Below are positions 27,057 to 36,528 of a stretch of 64,000 nt of DNA, piece after piece. How positions within the stretch are numbered: position 1 is the first letter of the stretch; each line of letters begins with the position of its first letter. The notes beneath the pieces are model-generated. The model did no database searches. It was not told the DNA's origin and saw nothing but the letters and a program-made list of their open reading frames with translations. The DNA is from Thermodesulfobacteriota bacterium (lineage in GTDB: Bacteria > Desulfobacterota > Desulfomonilia > Desulfomonilales > Desulfomonilaceae): assembly GCA_049323095.1 (NCBI GenBank), contig JBMOME010000054.1, positions 10,996 through 74,995 of the forward strand. The letters run 5' to 3'. Position numbers and translations under genes: made by a program.

Positions 27057-28688
27057 GTGGTAGGATTGGAACAATCGCGCGTTGAGTCAGCCTTGCTTGT
27101 CACGGCAATCCTATCCACAAGGCGGGACCTGGATTGGGCTGTGCGTTCCCGCGTGATCTCACACGTTTGCCCCTTCGACATTGAATCATTGCCTGCCGCG
27201 ACGGATGCGCTTCAGAAGGCTTTTCCAGCCGCAGGCGTCACCATGCCCAGGGGCTTTCGTGTCTCCGCCCGCAGTCGGAACCGATCTGCGGAGCTAGCCC
27301 GAACATGGCTCAAGCAGGGTATCAGCGTCGTTACCGCGGACCAAATACGTTCGCCTGCTGCCACTGAGCATCCGATCCCCGGGATACTCTACGTGAAGGG
27401 CGACGGGTCGCTCTTGAAAAAGCCTTCAGCGTGCATCCTGAATTCGCGGACCCCGCGCGCGGTGGGTCCGACAGACACCTGGGTGCAAGGGTGCAAGATG
27501 CTGTTCCAATCGGTGGAACGCAACCGATGGGTTCCTGTATCCAGCTATGGACGGCTGCCATACGAACTTGTCGCTCGAATGGCTTATGCAAAAGGCCTTC
27601 CGATCATAGTGGCTTGCATGGACGTGCTCCCATTCATGGAACTACCGGAGCGAGCAGCCCAGTTTCGGGAACAGTTCCGCGATCTGTTCACTTGGAAACG
27701 CGCGCTGTTCGTATCGCCGTTTCCGCCTGGGCGAGTGCCTCGCGCACCAGAGCGAGCAACCCAACGAGATCATCTGGTCGCGGCGCTCTCGTGGCGTATC
27801 CTCGCGGGTGAGGTGAGACCTCAGGGAACTATGGAGCACCTGCTCCAAATCGCGGCGCGAAGAGGCATCCCCGTGGAGAAGGCTTCTGAGTTGGGGATCG
27901 GACAGGATTCGAGCGAGACTTGCTCCGTGCTTCCCAATCTGGATTCCTGCGTTCGCAGGAATGACGGGATCTTGCCTCACTTCCCGGATGAGGGAGTTGT
28001 CGAGCACTCTAAACCTCGAACGAAAGAGCACGACCCGAAGGAACGGCCTGGCCCAGTAGGGGCATACCAAGCCTTGCCTCTGGCGAACTGGCCGCCGCGA
28101 GGGGAGTGGCTGGTCCACTACACGCGGGCGTGCCCCGGACCGTGGCCGGAACAGACGCTCGGTGACTACTGCCAAACACTAATAGACGGCCGGCCGAGTT
28201 CTGCCCATTCAGCGTTCCATACGCTGCTACGAATTCTCGAAGAGAGAAAAATTCGCTCGTCCCGCCGCCTTATTCGGGGAGCGTTCCCTTGCGTGTCATT
28301 CACCGAATGCCTGCCCGATGAGGTGCGTAATCTGATCAAGTGGCGTGCCGCGCTCATACGTTGGTCTTTCGAGCCGTACGGCATAGCCATGAGAAGAAAG
28401 GCTCTGGAGGCTCTGAATGTCCGTCCGGCAAAGTACGGCGACGAAGCTTCATTTCGGTCGCTATCAGAGCATGACAAGCATCTTTTCCAGCTTCAGAAGG
28501 AACAGGGCGAAGCCTGGTCGCTCGAAAGAGAGTGGCGAGTGCTCGGAGATGTGGACTTGGATCGCATACCGGCAAATGACCTGCTCGTTGTGGTAGCATT
28601 GCTGGACGAAGCGCGAGTCATTCACACGGATTTCGGATATCCGGTGACGCTGTCCGGCATTACTGCAGCCCAAGCGAAGCGCCTATGA
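27057..28688 (+). CDS. DprA/Smf-like Rossmann (SLOG-type) domain fused to an uncharacterised C-terminal domain
   Basis: 543 aa. The GTG start is uncertain. The N-terminal half follows the DprA layout: GISVVTADQI...IPGILYVKGDGSLLKKPSACILNSRTPR, VSSYGRLPYELVARMAYAKGLPIIVACMDVL, FVSPFPPGRVPRAPERATQRDHLVAALSWRILAGEVRPQGTMEHLLQIAARRGIPV. The canonical GID motif is replaced. The C-terminal ~190 aa read WLVHYTR...CVSFTE...EPYGIAM...EREWRV. Confidence 0.7.
   Translation: MVGLEQSRVESALLVTAILSTRRDLDWAVRSRVISHVCPFDIESLPAATDALQKAFPAAGVTMPRGFRVSARSRNRSAELARTWLKQGISVVTADQIRSPAATEHPIPGILYVKGDGSLLKKPSACILNSRTPRAVGPTDTWVQGCKMLFQSVERNRWVPVSSYGRLPYELVARMAYAKGLPIIVACMDVLPFMELPERAAQFREQFRDLFTWKRALFVSPFPPGRVPRAPERATQRDHLVAALSWRILAGEVRPQGTMEHLLQIAARRGIPVEKASELGIGQDSSETCSVLPNLDSCVRRNDGILPHFPDEGVVEHSKPRTKEHDPKERPGPVGAYQALPLANWPPRGEWLVHYTRACPGPWPEQTLGDYCQTLIDGRPSSAHSAFHTLLRILEERKIRSSRRLIRGAFPCVSFTECLPDEVRNLIKWRAALIRWSFEPYGIAMRRKALEALNVRPAKYGDEASFRSLSEHDKHLFQLQKEQGEAWSLEREWRVLGDVDLDRIPANDLLVVVALLDEARVIHTDFGYPVTLSGITAAQAKRL
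27941..27965. repeat. single REP unit (GGATTCCTGCGTTCGCAGGAATGAC) inside the CDS 27057..28688
   Basis: Same unit as at 12683-12707 and 50848-50872. It is read in frame as DSCVRRND, within the low-complexity linker between the two domains. Confidence 0.8.
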
Positions 28689-28700
28689 AGGATCGGTTGG

Positions 28701-29507
28701 ATGCTTGAGTTGCGGAAATTCGAAGAGATCACCCAGATCAGAATGAGGCCGGTACGGTCGAACCACCCGCCGTACTGGATCTCCAGCTATCTGGTTGATG
28801 GGCTGTTGATCGATACCGGGTGCAAGAACACTGAAGATGAGTTTATGGCAGCGCTCGATGCGCAGGAAGTCCTCGTTGGAGTTAACACTCACCACCACGA
28901 GGATCACGTAGGGGCGAACAAGGCTGTAAAAGACAAGTTCGGGATAGAAATCTTCGCACACCGTGATTCGGTCCCCATTATCGCGAAAGCGCCCGATCTG
29001 CCTCCTTACAGATTCAACTACTGGGGTCGCCGCGAGCCATGCGAGGTTCTGCCGATTGGCGAACGACTGGAGACGCCGCACCATCTTTTCGAAGTGATCG
29101 ATACGCCGGGGCATTGCCGCGGACACGTGGCGCTCGTCGAGAGAGTCAAAGGCTGGTGCTTTACCGGCGATCTGTACATATCGAAAAGGCCCAATGTGGC
29201 CGGTCCGGAAACTAATGTGGCCGACATGATCCGATCCATGAAGCGCCTCCTGAGCTTGGACATGGACGGCATGGTGGTCATCACGTCAGCGCTGGCTATC
29301 GAGAAAAACGGCCGAGAGGCCCTCCGCGAGTGCGTGAGCTACCTCGAAGACCTGTGCGGAACCGCGAAGAATCTCCACAGCCGAGGCATGACTCCCGCAG
29401 AAATGGTTACCCGAATCTTCGGTCGTGAAAACCAGCTCATGAAGCTTACCGACGGCCGATATTCATCCGAAAGACTTATACATCTCGCATTACAAGCAGA
29501 TGTGTAA
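28701..29507 (+). CDS. MBL-fold metallo-hydrolase
   Basis: 268 aa. HHHEDHVGAN (the HxHxDH motif), TPGHCRGH, and a later Asp/His. It lies 12 nt after the previous stop. Confidence 0.85.
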   Translation: MLELRKFEEITQIRMRPVRSNHPPYWISSYLVDGLLIDTGCKNTEDEFMAALDAQEVLVGVNTHHHEDHVGANKAVKDKFGIEIFAHRDSVPIIAKAPDLPPYRFNYWGRREPCEVLPIGERLETPHHLFEVIDTPGHCRGHVALVERVKGWCFTGDLYISKRPNVAGPETNVADMIRSMKRLLSLDMDGMVVITSALAIEKNGREALRECVSYLEDLCGTAKNLHSRGMTPAEMVTRIFGRENQLMKLTDGRYSSERLIHLALQADV

Positions 29508-29589
29508 AGCACGCTTGCTACTCGCCGGCTCGAGTATGCGCGGAAATGTGAGGATTCAGTTGCGCGTGGGATGGAAGCCTATCTCACCT

Positions 29590-29687
29590 GTCATTGCGAG
29601 GACCCCGGATTGGATCCGGGGGACGAAGCAATCCTTTCTTGTACCAAGGGAGATTGCTTCCCCCGCTCTTCAGCGGGGTCGCAATGA
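29590..29687. repeat. 98-nt REP/MITE-like element bounded by GTCATTGCGA / TCGCAATGAC
   Basis: Outer 10-bp inverted repeat (29590-29599 / 29678-29687). Inner hairpins: CCCCGGAT..ATCCGGGG, GAAGCAATC..GATTGCTTC and CCCCGCT-CTTC-AGCGGGG. Confidence 0.75.
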
Positions 29688-29986
29688 CACTCTTTCCTCG
29701 CGTAACTGAATGGATACGCGGAAACGCATTTTCTTATTGACAGGGGCGTGCGGGGTAGTCTAGTAAGTTTCCTGTTAGGAAACCACCTTTCTCTCATGAG
29801 CGCTTCGGAATTCTCCAGAAGACGTGGCTGAGCACGGCTGCTGCACCGGGTTTGCAACAGATGCCGGCCATGGAGGAGCGGCCCGCGGCCGCCTCCCGGC
29901 TCTCATCGCGAGCAAGAGCGCCATGAGTTTCCGAATGGGAAACGACGGCCTCGCCTTACCTCCTGTCGGACGCCGAAAAGGTAGCC

Positions 29987-30235
29987 ATGCTGGGCGAATC
30001 CGAAATCGGGAAAAACATCTACCGCCTTCGTCGGGCCAGGGGATTTGTGCCGGATCAGCCGGCTCGACAATATGAGTACGCGAATAATTACCTTTCCAAA
30101 GTAGAGTACAATGAAGTACGTTCAAGTCGATGCGAAGACGCCCTCATCGATAGATTAATACGGCCCTATTCCGATTTCGAAACGAATTCACAGGCATATC
30201 GGCTGCGTCTTTCGAGCCGAAGAACCAACGCCTGA
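29987..30235 (+). CDS. possible small XRE-like HTH protein (or a remnant of one)
   Basis: 82 aa. IGKNIYRLRRARGFVPDQPARQYEYANNYLSKVEYNE loosely follows the XRE pattern IGxxIRxLRxxxGLSQxxLAxxxGVSxxYISxIExGx. There is no clear RBS. Confidence 0.3.
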   Translation: MLGESEIGKNIYRLRRARGFVPDQPARQYEYANNYLSKVEYNEVRSSRCEDALIDRLIRPYSDFETNSQAYRLRLSSRRTNA

Positions 30236-30310
30236 CCGCCTGGATCTCTGTCCCCTAGCTGGGATCGTCACCTCGTAATTGCGTGTTATCTGCGAAACAG
30301 GAGCAAGAAG

Positions 30311-32305
30311 ATGGAAGGCAAGTCAGTGGGCGAGGGAGCCCTTTTGTGGACTCCGTCAGAGCAATATAAGAAACAATCCAATATGTACCGATACATGGAA
30401 TGGCTCCGAAAAGAGAAGGGACTCTCATTTGACGGATATCCGCAGCTCTGGGAGTGGTCGGTAACCAGCCTTGAGGACTTCTGGGAGAGTGTCTGGCAAT
30501 TTCAGCGAATGATCGCCTCCACGCCCTACCAAGAAGTGCTCTCAGAGAGAAAAATGCCCGGGGCTCGATGGTTTACGGGGGCCAAGTTGAATTACGCGGA
30601 GCACGTGTTTCGAAATAGCACGTCCGCGGCCCCTGCGCTGAGATTCCAATCGGAAATTCAGCCTCTTATGGAGGTCTCTTGGGCCGAGCTTCACGAAAAG
30701 GTCGCATCGGTGGCCACGGCTCTGCGCAATATTGGCGTCAAGGCAGGTGATCGAGTAGTGGCCTATTTGCCTAATATTCCCCAGACTATTATGGCCTTCC
30801 TGGCCTGCGCGAGCATTGGAGCCATCTGGTCCAGTTGCTCGCCAGACTTCGGTGTACGTAGCATCAGCGATCGATTCCATCAGATACAGCCCAAAGTGCT
30901 CTTTGCCGTGGATGGGTACCAGTATGGCGGAAGGCAATTTGATTGCCGGCCCGTGGTCTCATCCCTTCAGCAATCTCTTCCCACTCTGGAGCGCACGATC
31001 CTCGTCCCGTATCTGTATCGAGGAGACCCGCAGGGCGGAATGGAAAACGTGTTGTTGTGGGATGACGTGCTCAAAGAAAAGGGCACGCTCGTCTATGAGC
31101 AGGTGGAATTCAACCATCCCATCTGGGTCGTCTACTCTTCCGGAACTACGGGGTTGCCGAAACCGTTGGTCCACAGCCAGGGCGGGATCCTCATCGAATT
31201 CATGAAGTTCCTCGGGCTCCATGTGGACGTGAAGCCCGGAGACACGTTCTTCTGGTTCAGTACAACCGGTTGGGTGATGTGGAACATCCTCCAGGGGAGC
31301 CTTCTCACTGGCGCCACAGCTGTGACATACGATGGGAGCCCTGGATATCCCAATATGGATGTGCTCTGGGATCTGGCGGAAAAGGTAAGGATGACGGCTT
31401 TCGGCACCAGCGCGGCGTTCATCACCGCGTGTATGAATGAGGGGCTGGAGCCCGGCAAGAGCCGCGATTACAGCGCTCTTAGGGTTATGGGATCCACGGG
31501 ATCTCCGCTTTCTCCGGCAGGTTTTAAGTGGGTTTACGACAACGTGAAACAGGATATCCTGCTGGCTTCAGTAAGTGGAGGCACCGATCCGTGCACCGGC
31601 TTTCTGGGATCGTGCCCGTTGTTGCCGGTCAGAGCCGGCGAGCTCCAATGCATATGCCTGGGCACCAAAGCCGAAGCATATGACGAAAACGGGAAACCTC
31701 TGGTGAATGAGGTGGGAGAGCTGGTCATCAGCGAGCCCATGCCCTCCATGCCCTTGTATCTCTGGAACGATCCGGACAACAAGCGCTATCAAGAGAGCTA
31801 TTTCGAGATGTTCCCTGGGGTCTGGCGCCACGGGGACTGGGTGAAGATCACGCCCGAGGGAAGCGCTGTTATTACCGGGCGCTCCGACTCCACCCTGAAG
31901 CGAATGGGCGTAAGAATGGGGAGCAGCGAGATCTACGGCGTGGTGGATGAACTCCCGGAAGTGACCGAAAGCCTTATCGTCGGCTTTGAGAATCCGCAAG
32001 GCCAATATCTGATGCCGCTCTTCGTGGTGCTTCAATCCGGCTTGAATCTGGACGAAGCGCTCAAGAACAAAATAAAGGCAGCTATCCGAAAGTCCTTGTC
32101 GCCCCGGCACGTGCCTGATGAAATCTACGCTGTGCCGGAAATCCCCAAAACGTTAAATGCCAAGAAGCTCGAAGTGCCGGTGAAAAAGATCCTCTCCGGG
32201 GTTTCGCCCGAAAAGGCGGTGAATGTGGACTCGATGAGCAATCCTGGGTCCATGGAGTTTTTCATTCGCCTAGCTGAGCAAATGTACGGTCCGCGGAAGG
32301 CATAG
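30311..32305 (+). CDS. acetoacetyl-CoA synthetase (acetoacetate-CoA ligase)
   Basis: 664 aa. N-terminus LWTPSEQYKKQSNMYRYMEWL, the AMP-binding motif YSSGTTGLPKP, then TGWVMW, GSTGSPL, GRSDSTLKRMGVRMGSSEIY. Confidence 0.85.
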   Translation: MEGKSVGEGALLWTPSEQYKKQSNMYRYMEWLRKEKGLSFDGYPQLWEWSVTSLEDFWESVWQFQRMIASTPYQEVLSERKMPGARWFTGAKLNYAEHVFRNSTSAAPALRFQSEIQPLMEVSWAELHEKVASVATALRNIGVKAGDRVVAYLPNIPQTIMAFLACASIGAIWSSCSPDFGVRSISDRFHQIQPKVLFAVDGYQYGGRQFDCRPVVSSLQQSLPTLERTILVPYLYRGDPQGGMENVLLWDDVLKEKGTLVYEQVEFNHPIWVVYSSGTTGLPKPLVHSQGGILIEFMKFLGLHVDVKPGDTFFWFSTTGWVMWNILQGSLLTGATAVTYDGSPGYPNMDVLWDLAEKVRMTAFGTSAAFITACMNEGLEPGKSRDYSALRVMGSTGSPLSPAGFKWVYDNVKQDILLASVSGGTDPCTGFLGSCPLLPVRAGELQCICLGTKAEAYDENGKPLVNEVGELVISEPMPSMPLYLWNDPDNKRYQESYFEMFPGVWRHGDWVKITPEGSAVITGRSDSTLKRMGVRMGSSEIYGVVDELPEVTESLIVGFENPQGQYLMPLFVVLQSGLNLDEALKNKIKAAIRKSLSPRHVPDEIYAVPEIPKTLNAKKLEVPVKKILSGVSPEKAVNVDSMSNPGSMEFFIRLAEQMYGPRKA

Positions 32306-32423
32306 CTCTTTCTCTTCTTGAGCAGTGTCTTCTGTATATAGCGTTTACTCAAAGTAATGGCCTACTCACTACCTGTCACCCCGGCAAAGTGCCGCTTAAC
32401 CACATTTTCAAGGAGGCATAGCA

Positions 32424-33476
32424 ATGAAAAGAGGCACGCTGAGCATCTTCTTGGTGGTCGGTTTGGTCTTGCTCCTCACATTTCCAGCGTTGGCACAGGA
32501 AAAGGTCATAAAGTGGAAGGTTCAGGGGTTCGTCCCAGCGGGGATGTTGTATCACGAGACCCTGGAGCGGCTTGCGGAGGAAGTCAAGAAAGCGACCGGC
32601 GGCCGACTTGTTTTTGAAGTCCATCCGGCCGGTGCGCTGGTGCCACCCTTTGAAGGGCTCAAAGCGGTGAGTGACGGCGTATACCAGGCAAACTTCGGGT
32701 ATTCCGCTCAGTGGGTGGGACAGATCCCAGCCGCGCCGCTGTTCACGGCAGCGCCGGGCGGTTTCAACGTGGTCGGCATGCAGATGTGGATTAACCACGG
32801 TGGCGGCAAGGAACTCTGGCAAGAGATGTACGACACGTACAAGTTCAACGTGAAGATCATCCCATGCGCGCCGATCTCGATGGAGAACTACATGTGGGCC
32901 AAGAAGCCCATGAAGAAGATCGATGACTTCAAAGGCGTGAAGATGCGCATGATGCCCCTTATGGGCGACGTGCTCGCCAAGCACGGCATGTCGGTGATCT
33001 TCACTCCCGCGGGCGAGATCATGCCGAACCTTCAGAGGGGAGTGCTCGACGCGGCGGAGTACAGCATCCCCGCGTTTGATAAGACGCTGGGGATCTGGGA
33101 AGTCTGCAAGTACGTCATGCTTCCCGGCATACACCAGCCCTGTTCACAGCTCGAACTGCTGATCAACAAGAAGGCGTATGAAGCCCTGCCTCAGGACTTG
33201 AAGCTCGCTTTGCAGGCGGCCGTGGATGCGTCCAGGCTGAACGAGTGGCTCTGGATGGAACAGAAAAACATCGAGGCCGTGAAGTTCTTCAAAGAAAAAG
33301 GCATCACCACGGTGGAAGTAGATCCGGAGGCTGTGCAAACCTTCACCAAATGGGCCGGCGAATACCTGGACGAGCTGGGCAAGAAGGATGCCTTCTTTGG
33401 AAAGGTATGGAATTCGCAAAAGACGTACGGAGCAGCCTGGTACCCGTACGAAAAGGCCTACACCCTCCCGCATTGA
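32424..33476 (+). CDS. TRAP transporter substrate-binding protein (DctP family)
   Basis: 350 aa. AAGGAGG RBS, a signal peptide, followed by the small and large TRAP permease genes. Confidence 0.85.
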   Translation: MKRGTLSIFLVVGLVLLLTFPALAQEKVIKWKVQGFVPAGMLYHETLERLAEEVKKATGGRLVFEVHPAGALVPPFEGLKAVSDGVYQANFGYSAQWVGQIPAAPLFTAAPGGFNVVGMQMWINHGGGKELWQEMYDTYKFNVKIIPCAPISMENYMWAKKPMKKIDDFKGVKMRMMPLMGDVLAKHGMSVIFTPAGEIMPNLQRGVLDAAEYSIPAFDKTLGIWEVCKYVMLPGIHQPCSQLELLINKKAYEALPQDLKLALQAAVDASRLNEWLWMEQKNIEAVKFFKEKGITTVEVDPEAVQTFTKWAGEYLDELGKKDAFFGKVWNSQKTYGAAWYPYEKAYTLPH

Positions 33477-33611
33477 TGTGCACTGACATAGGGTAACTGC
33501 TCGCGGAAACCCTTGGAGATCGCGTTATGGGTGAGGGGAAGACCCCTCACCCTTCCTCTCCAGCCGCGGGGAAGCGCCTTTCGCAGTACCGAGGGCGCAA
33601 CGGAGGACAGG

Positions 33612-34124
33612 ATGGACAAGGTCTTGCACGCAGTTGACCGGCTCAGTGACATCACGGGTAAGTGCGCGAGCCTGTTGGTCGTGGTTCTCACGCTCGCGAT
33701 CTGTTACGACGTGATCCTTCGGTATATTTTAGCTTGGCCCTGTTTCTGGGCATACGACATGACCATCATGCTCTACGGCAGTTTCGCGATCCTCGGCGCG
33801 GCGTACTGTCACTACCTTGGGGGACATGTGAGGATGGACCTCCTCTACGGTCGGCTATCGACCAGAGGAAAGGCCATTGCCGACATCATCGGATACCTGT
33901 GCCTGTTTTTCCCCCTCATGATCGTGTTGGTTTACAAGTGCGGAGAAAATGCCATCTGGTCTTTAACGCTGGGTGAGCGTTCTTCCGCGAGCGCGTGGAG
34001 GCCCTATATGTGGCCGTTCAAGCTGGTGATCGCATACGCGCTGGCACTTCTCCTGCTTCAGGGGACCGTGGATTTCGTGCGCCGCGTAATCACTGCGGTG
34101 AAGGGAGCAGAGTATGAGTCCTGA
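33612..34124 (+). CDS. TRAP transporter small permease (DctQ family)
   Basis: The ORF-track start 33513 reads through a REP unit. ATG 33612 has GGAGGA upstream. It has four hydrophobic helices and overlaps the next gene by 11 nt. Confidence 0.8.
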   Translation: MDKVLHAVDRLSDITGKCASLLVVVLTLAICYDVILRYILAWPCFWAYDMTIMLYGSFAILGAAYCHYLGGHVRMDLLYGRLSTRGKAIADIIGYLCLFFPLMIVLVYKCGENAIWSLTLGERSSASAWRPYMWPFKLVIAYALALLLLQGTVDFVRRVITAVKGAEYES

Positions 34125-35433
34125 GCTTACCACAGTCCTGATGCTTCTCAGCCTCTTCATCTTACTCCTGGGGTTCCCTGTTGCCTTCGGGATCGGCACC
34201 GTAGGGCTCGTATTCGGTTTGCTCACTTCAGGCCCCGCATATCTGTATATGCTGCCGGCGCGTATCATCGGAGGCACGCTTTCGGAGTACATCCTTGCAG
34301 CAGTGCCCTTGTTCATCTTCATGGGCAACATGATGCAGACTTCTGGTGTCGCGGAGCGGGCCTTCTTCATTCTTCACCGATGGTTTGGGGGGTTCAACGG
34401 CGGCTTGGCCGTTGCCACGCTCCTGCTTGCCATAATTTTCGCAGCAACTACGGGCGTCGTGGGCGCGTCGGAGACCGCGATCGGCCTACTCGCGGTTCCG
34501 GCCATGCTCAAGGCGCGCTATTCACAGTCCCTGATCAGTGGATCCGTATGTGGGGGCGGGACCCTAGGGATCCTCATTCCTCCGAGCGTCATGCTGATCC
34601 TTTATGCACCCATGGCCGGCGTGTCAGTGATTCAGATGTTCGCGGGCGCGGTCGTTCCAGGCCTTCTCCTGGGTCTATCCTACATCACCTACGTAGTGAT
34701 CCGGTGTGCTATCAACCCCTCGTTGGGCCCGAGCGTAGATTCGGAGGAGCGGCTGCCGTTTTTCAGCAAAGAGTCACTGGTCCTGGGATTCACCCATCTG
34801 GTCCCTCCCTTTTTCCTCATCTTCGCGGTCTTGGGGTCGCTGTTCTTCGGGGTTGCGTCCCCGACTGAAGCAGGCGCGGTCGGCGCATTAGGATCGGTGA
34901 TCTTGTGCTTATGCTATCGCCGGCTTACCTGGTACACGCTGCTGGACAATTGCTATTCGACCCTGCGAATCACCGCTATGATCATTTTCATCGCTATGGC
35001 GGCCAATATGTTCACAGGAGCATTCCTGAGCGCGGGTTGCGGCCAGGTCATCACGGACCTGCTCACGTCGCTCGGACTTGGCCGCTGGGGAATATTCCTC
35101 ACCTCATTGTTTATCATCTTTGTTCTGGGCTGTTTTATCGATTGGATCGGCATACTTCTGATTGTCGTGCCCATATTCTCGCCTATGCTCAACAAACTGG
35201 GGTTCGATCCTCTGTGGGTGGGGCTGGTGATCTGTACGAGCCTCCAGATATCGTTCCTGACACCGCCTTTCGCGTACTCGATTTTCTATTTGAAAGGTAT
35301 GAACCTGGGGCTTTCGCTTCACAGTATGTATGTGGGCATCATTCCATTTGTCATGCTCCAGATACTCGTTGTGGCGATCACCATAATTTTCCCGCAAACC
35401 TGCGTATGGCTCCCGCGATGGCTCACTCCATGA
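34114..35433 (+). CDS. TRAP transporter large permease (DctM family)
   Basis: 439 aa, polytopic, with typical DctM N-terminal (LLLGFPVAFGIG) and C-terminal segments. Confidence 0.9.
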   Translation: MSPELTTVLMLLSLFILLLGFPVAFGIGTVGLVFGLLTSGPAYLYMLPARIIGGTLSEYILAAVPLFIFMGNMMQTSGVAERAFFILHRWFGGFNGGLAVATLLLAIIFAATTGVVGASETAIGLLAVPAMLKARYSQSLISGSVCGGGTLGILIPPSVMLILYAPMAGVSVIQMFAGAVVPGLLLGLSYITYVVIRCAINPSLGPSVDSEERLPFFSKESLVLGFTHLVPPFFLIFAVLGSLFFGVASPTEAGAVGALGSVILCLCYRRLTWYTLLDNCYSTLRITAMIIFIAMAANMFTGAFLSAGCGQVITDLLTSLGLGRWGIFLTSLFIIFVLGCFIDWIGILLIVVPIFSPMLNKLGFDPLWVGLVICTSLQISFLTPPFAYSIFYLKGMNLGLSLHSMYVGIIPFVMLQILVVAITIIFPQTCVWLPRWLTP

Positions 35434-35538
35434 AACTCTCTGGTCACGCAGTCTCACGCGAGGAGGACCAGCCGCTGAGGCGCTCGTGGCTGACCCTGTG
35501 ACCGGTGGTCTTCTACATACAGTTGAAAAGGAGCTGAA

Positions 35539-36501
35539 ATGAAGCTGGAAGAAATTCATCGCATATCAGTAGTTGGCGCCGGTCTTATGGGCCACGGTAT
35601 TGCGCAGACATTCGTCATGGCCGGGTACCCGGTGATGTTGTACGACATTGATCGGTCAATACTGGAAAAGGCAACTGCCAACATAGAACAGAACCTGAAG
35701 CTTTTTGCGCGATTTGGCCTCATTGGCGAGGCGGAAATAGGTCCCTGCCTCGACCGGCTCACCACCACGGTGGATCTAAAAGCCTGCGTTCAGGAAGGTG
35801 ACTTCATTCTGGAAGCTGCGACAGAGGACGTGGCGCTCAAGCAAAAGCTTTTCGAGGAGATTGAGTCATACTGCAAGGACAACGCGATCCTCGCCAGCAA
35901 TACCTCTTCGCTCACCATGGCCGAGATGGGCGTCCGTGTGAAGAAAAAGGAACGGCTTGTCATCACCCATTGGTTCAATCCTCCTCACATAGTGCCTACT
36001 GTGGAGGTTGTGAGGGCCCCGTGGACCAGCGACGAGACCCTGGAGACTGCGTACGCTCTCCATAAGAAGCTCAAGAAGCTGCCGGTGAAAATCAATAAGG
36101 AACTGCCCGGGTTCGTAGTGAACAGGATTCAAACTGCTCTGGCCAGAGAGGTCTTTAGCCTGTATGACCAGGGAATTGCCAGCGCTGAAGATATTGACAG
36201 AGCGGTCCGGGGAAGTATTGGCTTCAGGCTTGCCAGCATAGGCCCGCTCCAGACGGTTGACTTTGGCGGCGTGAAGCTCTGGCTCAGGGCATACCAGAAT
36301 CTAGCGCCTGTGATTGAGAGTTCCCCGAGCCCCCCCAAGGCTCTTCAACGACTGGCCGAGGAGGGCCATGAGGGCATCAAGACCGGAAAGGGATTTTACG
36401 ACTATTCCGGAGGAGAGGCGGACGAAGCAATGCAACGGAGGGACCGCGAATTCCTCAACCGGCTCAAAAACCTTTACTGGCAACGTGAAACCGAGAAGTA
36501 A
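35539..36501 (+). CDS. 3-hydroxyacyl-CoA (3-hydroxybutyryl-CoA) dehydrogenase
   Basis: 320 aa. Rossmann VVGAGLMGHGIAQ, NTSSL, HWFNPPH, and GFVVNR motifs. Confidence 0.9.
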   Translation: MKLEEIHRISVVGAGLMGHGIAQTFVMAGYPVMLYDIDRSILEKATANIEQNLKLFARFGLIGEAEIGPCLDRLTTTVDLKACVQEGDFILEAATEDVALKQKLFEEIESYCKDNAILASNTSSLTMAEMGVRVKKKERLVITHWFNPPHIVPTVEVVRAPWTSDETLETAYALHKKLKKLPVKINKELPGFVVNRIQTALAREVFSLYDQGIASAEDIDRAVRGSIGFRLASIGPLQTVDFGGVKLWLRAYQNLAPVIESSPSPPKALQRLAEEGHEGIKTGKGFYDYSGGEADEAMQRRDREFLNRLKNLYWQRETEK

Positions 36502-36528
36502 CGATCGCTTCATGCTCAGGAGGCGCAC

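Noticed and set aside
29824-30075. Alternative ORF 29824..30075 and others between the MBL gene and the acetoacetyl-CoA synthetase gene.
   Set aside because: They are Arg/Gly-rich, lack motifs and overlap the slightly more plausible XRE-like frame. The whole region may be non-coding.
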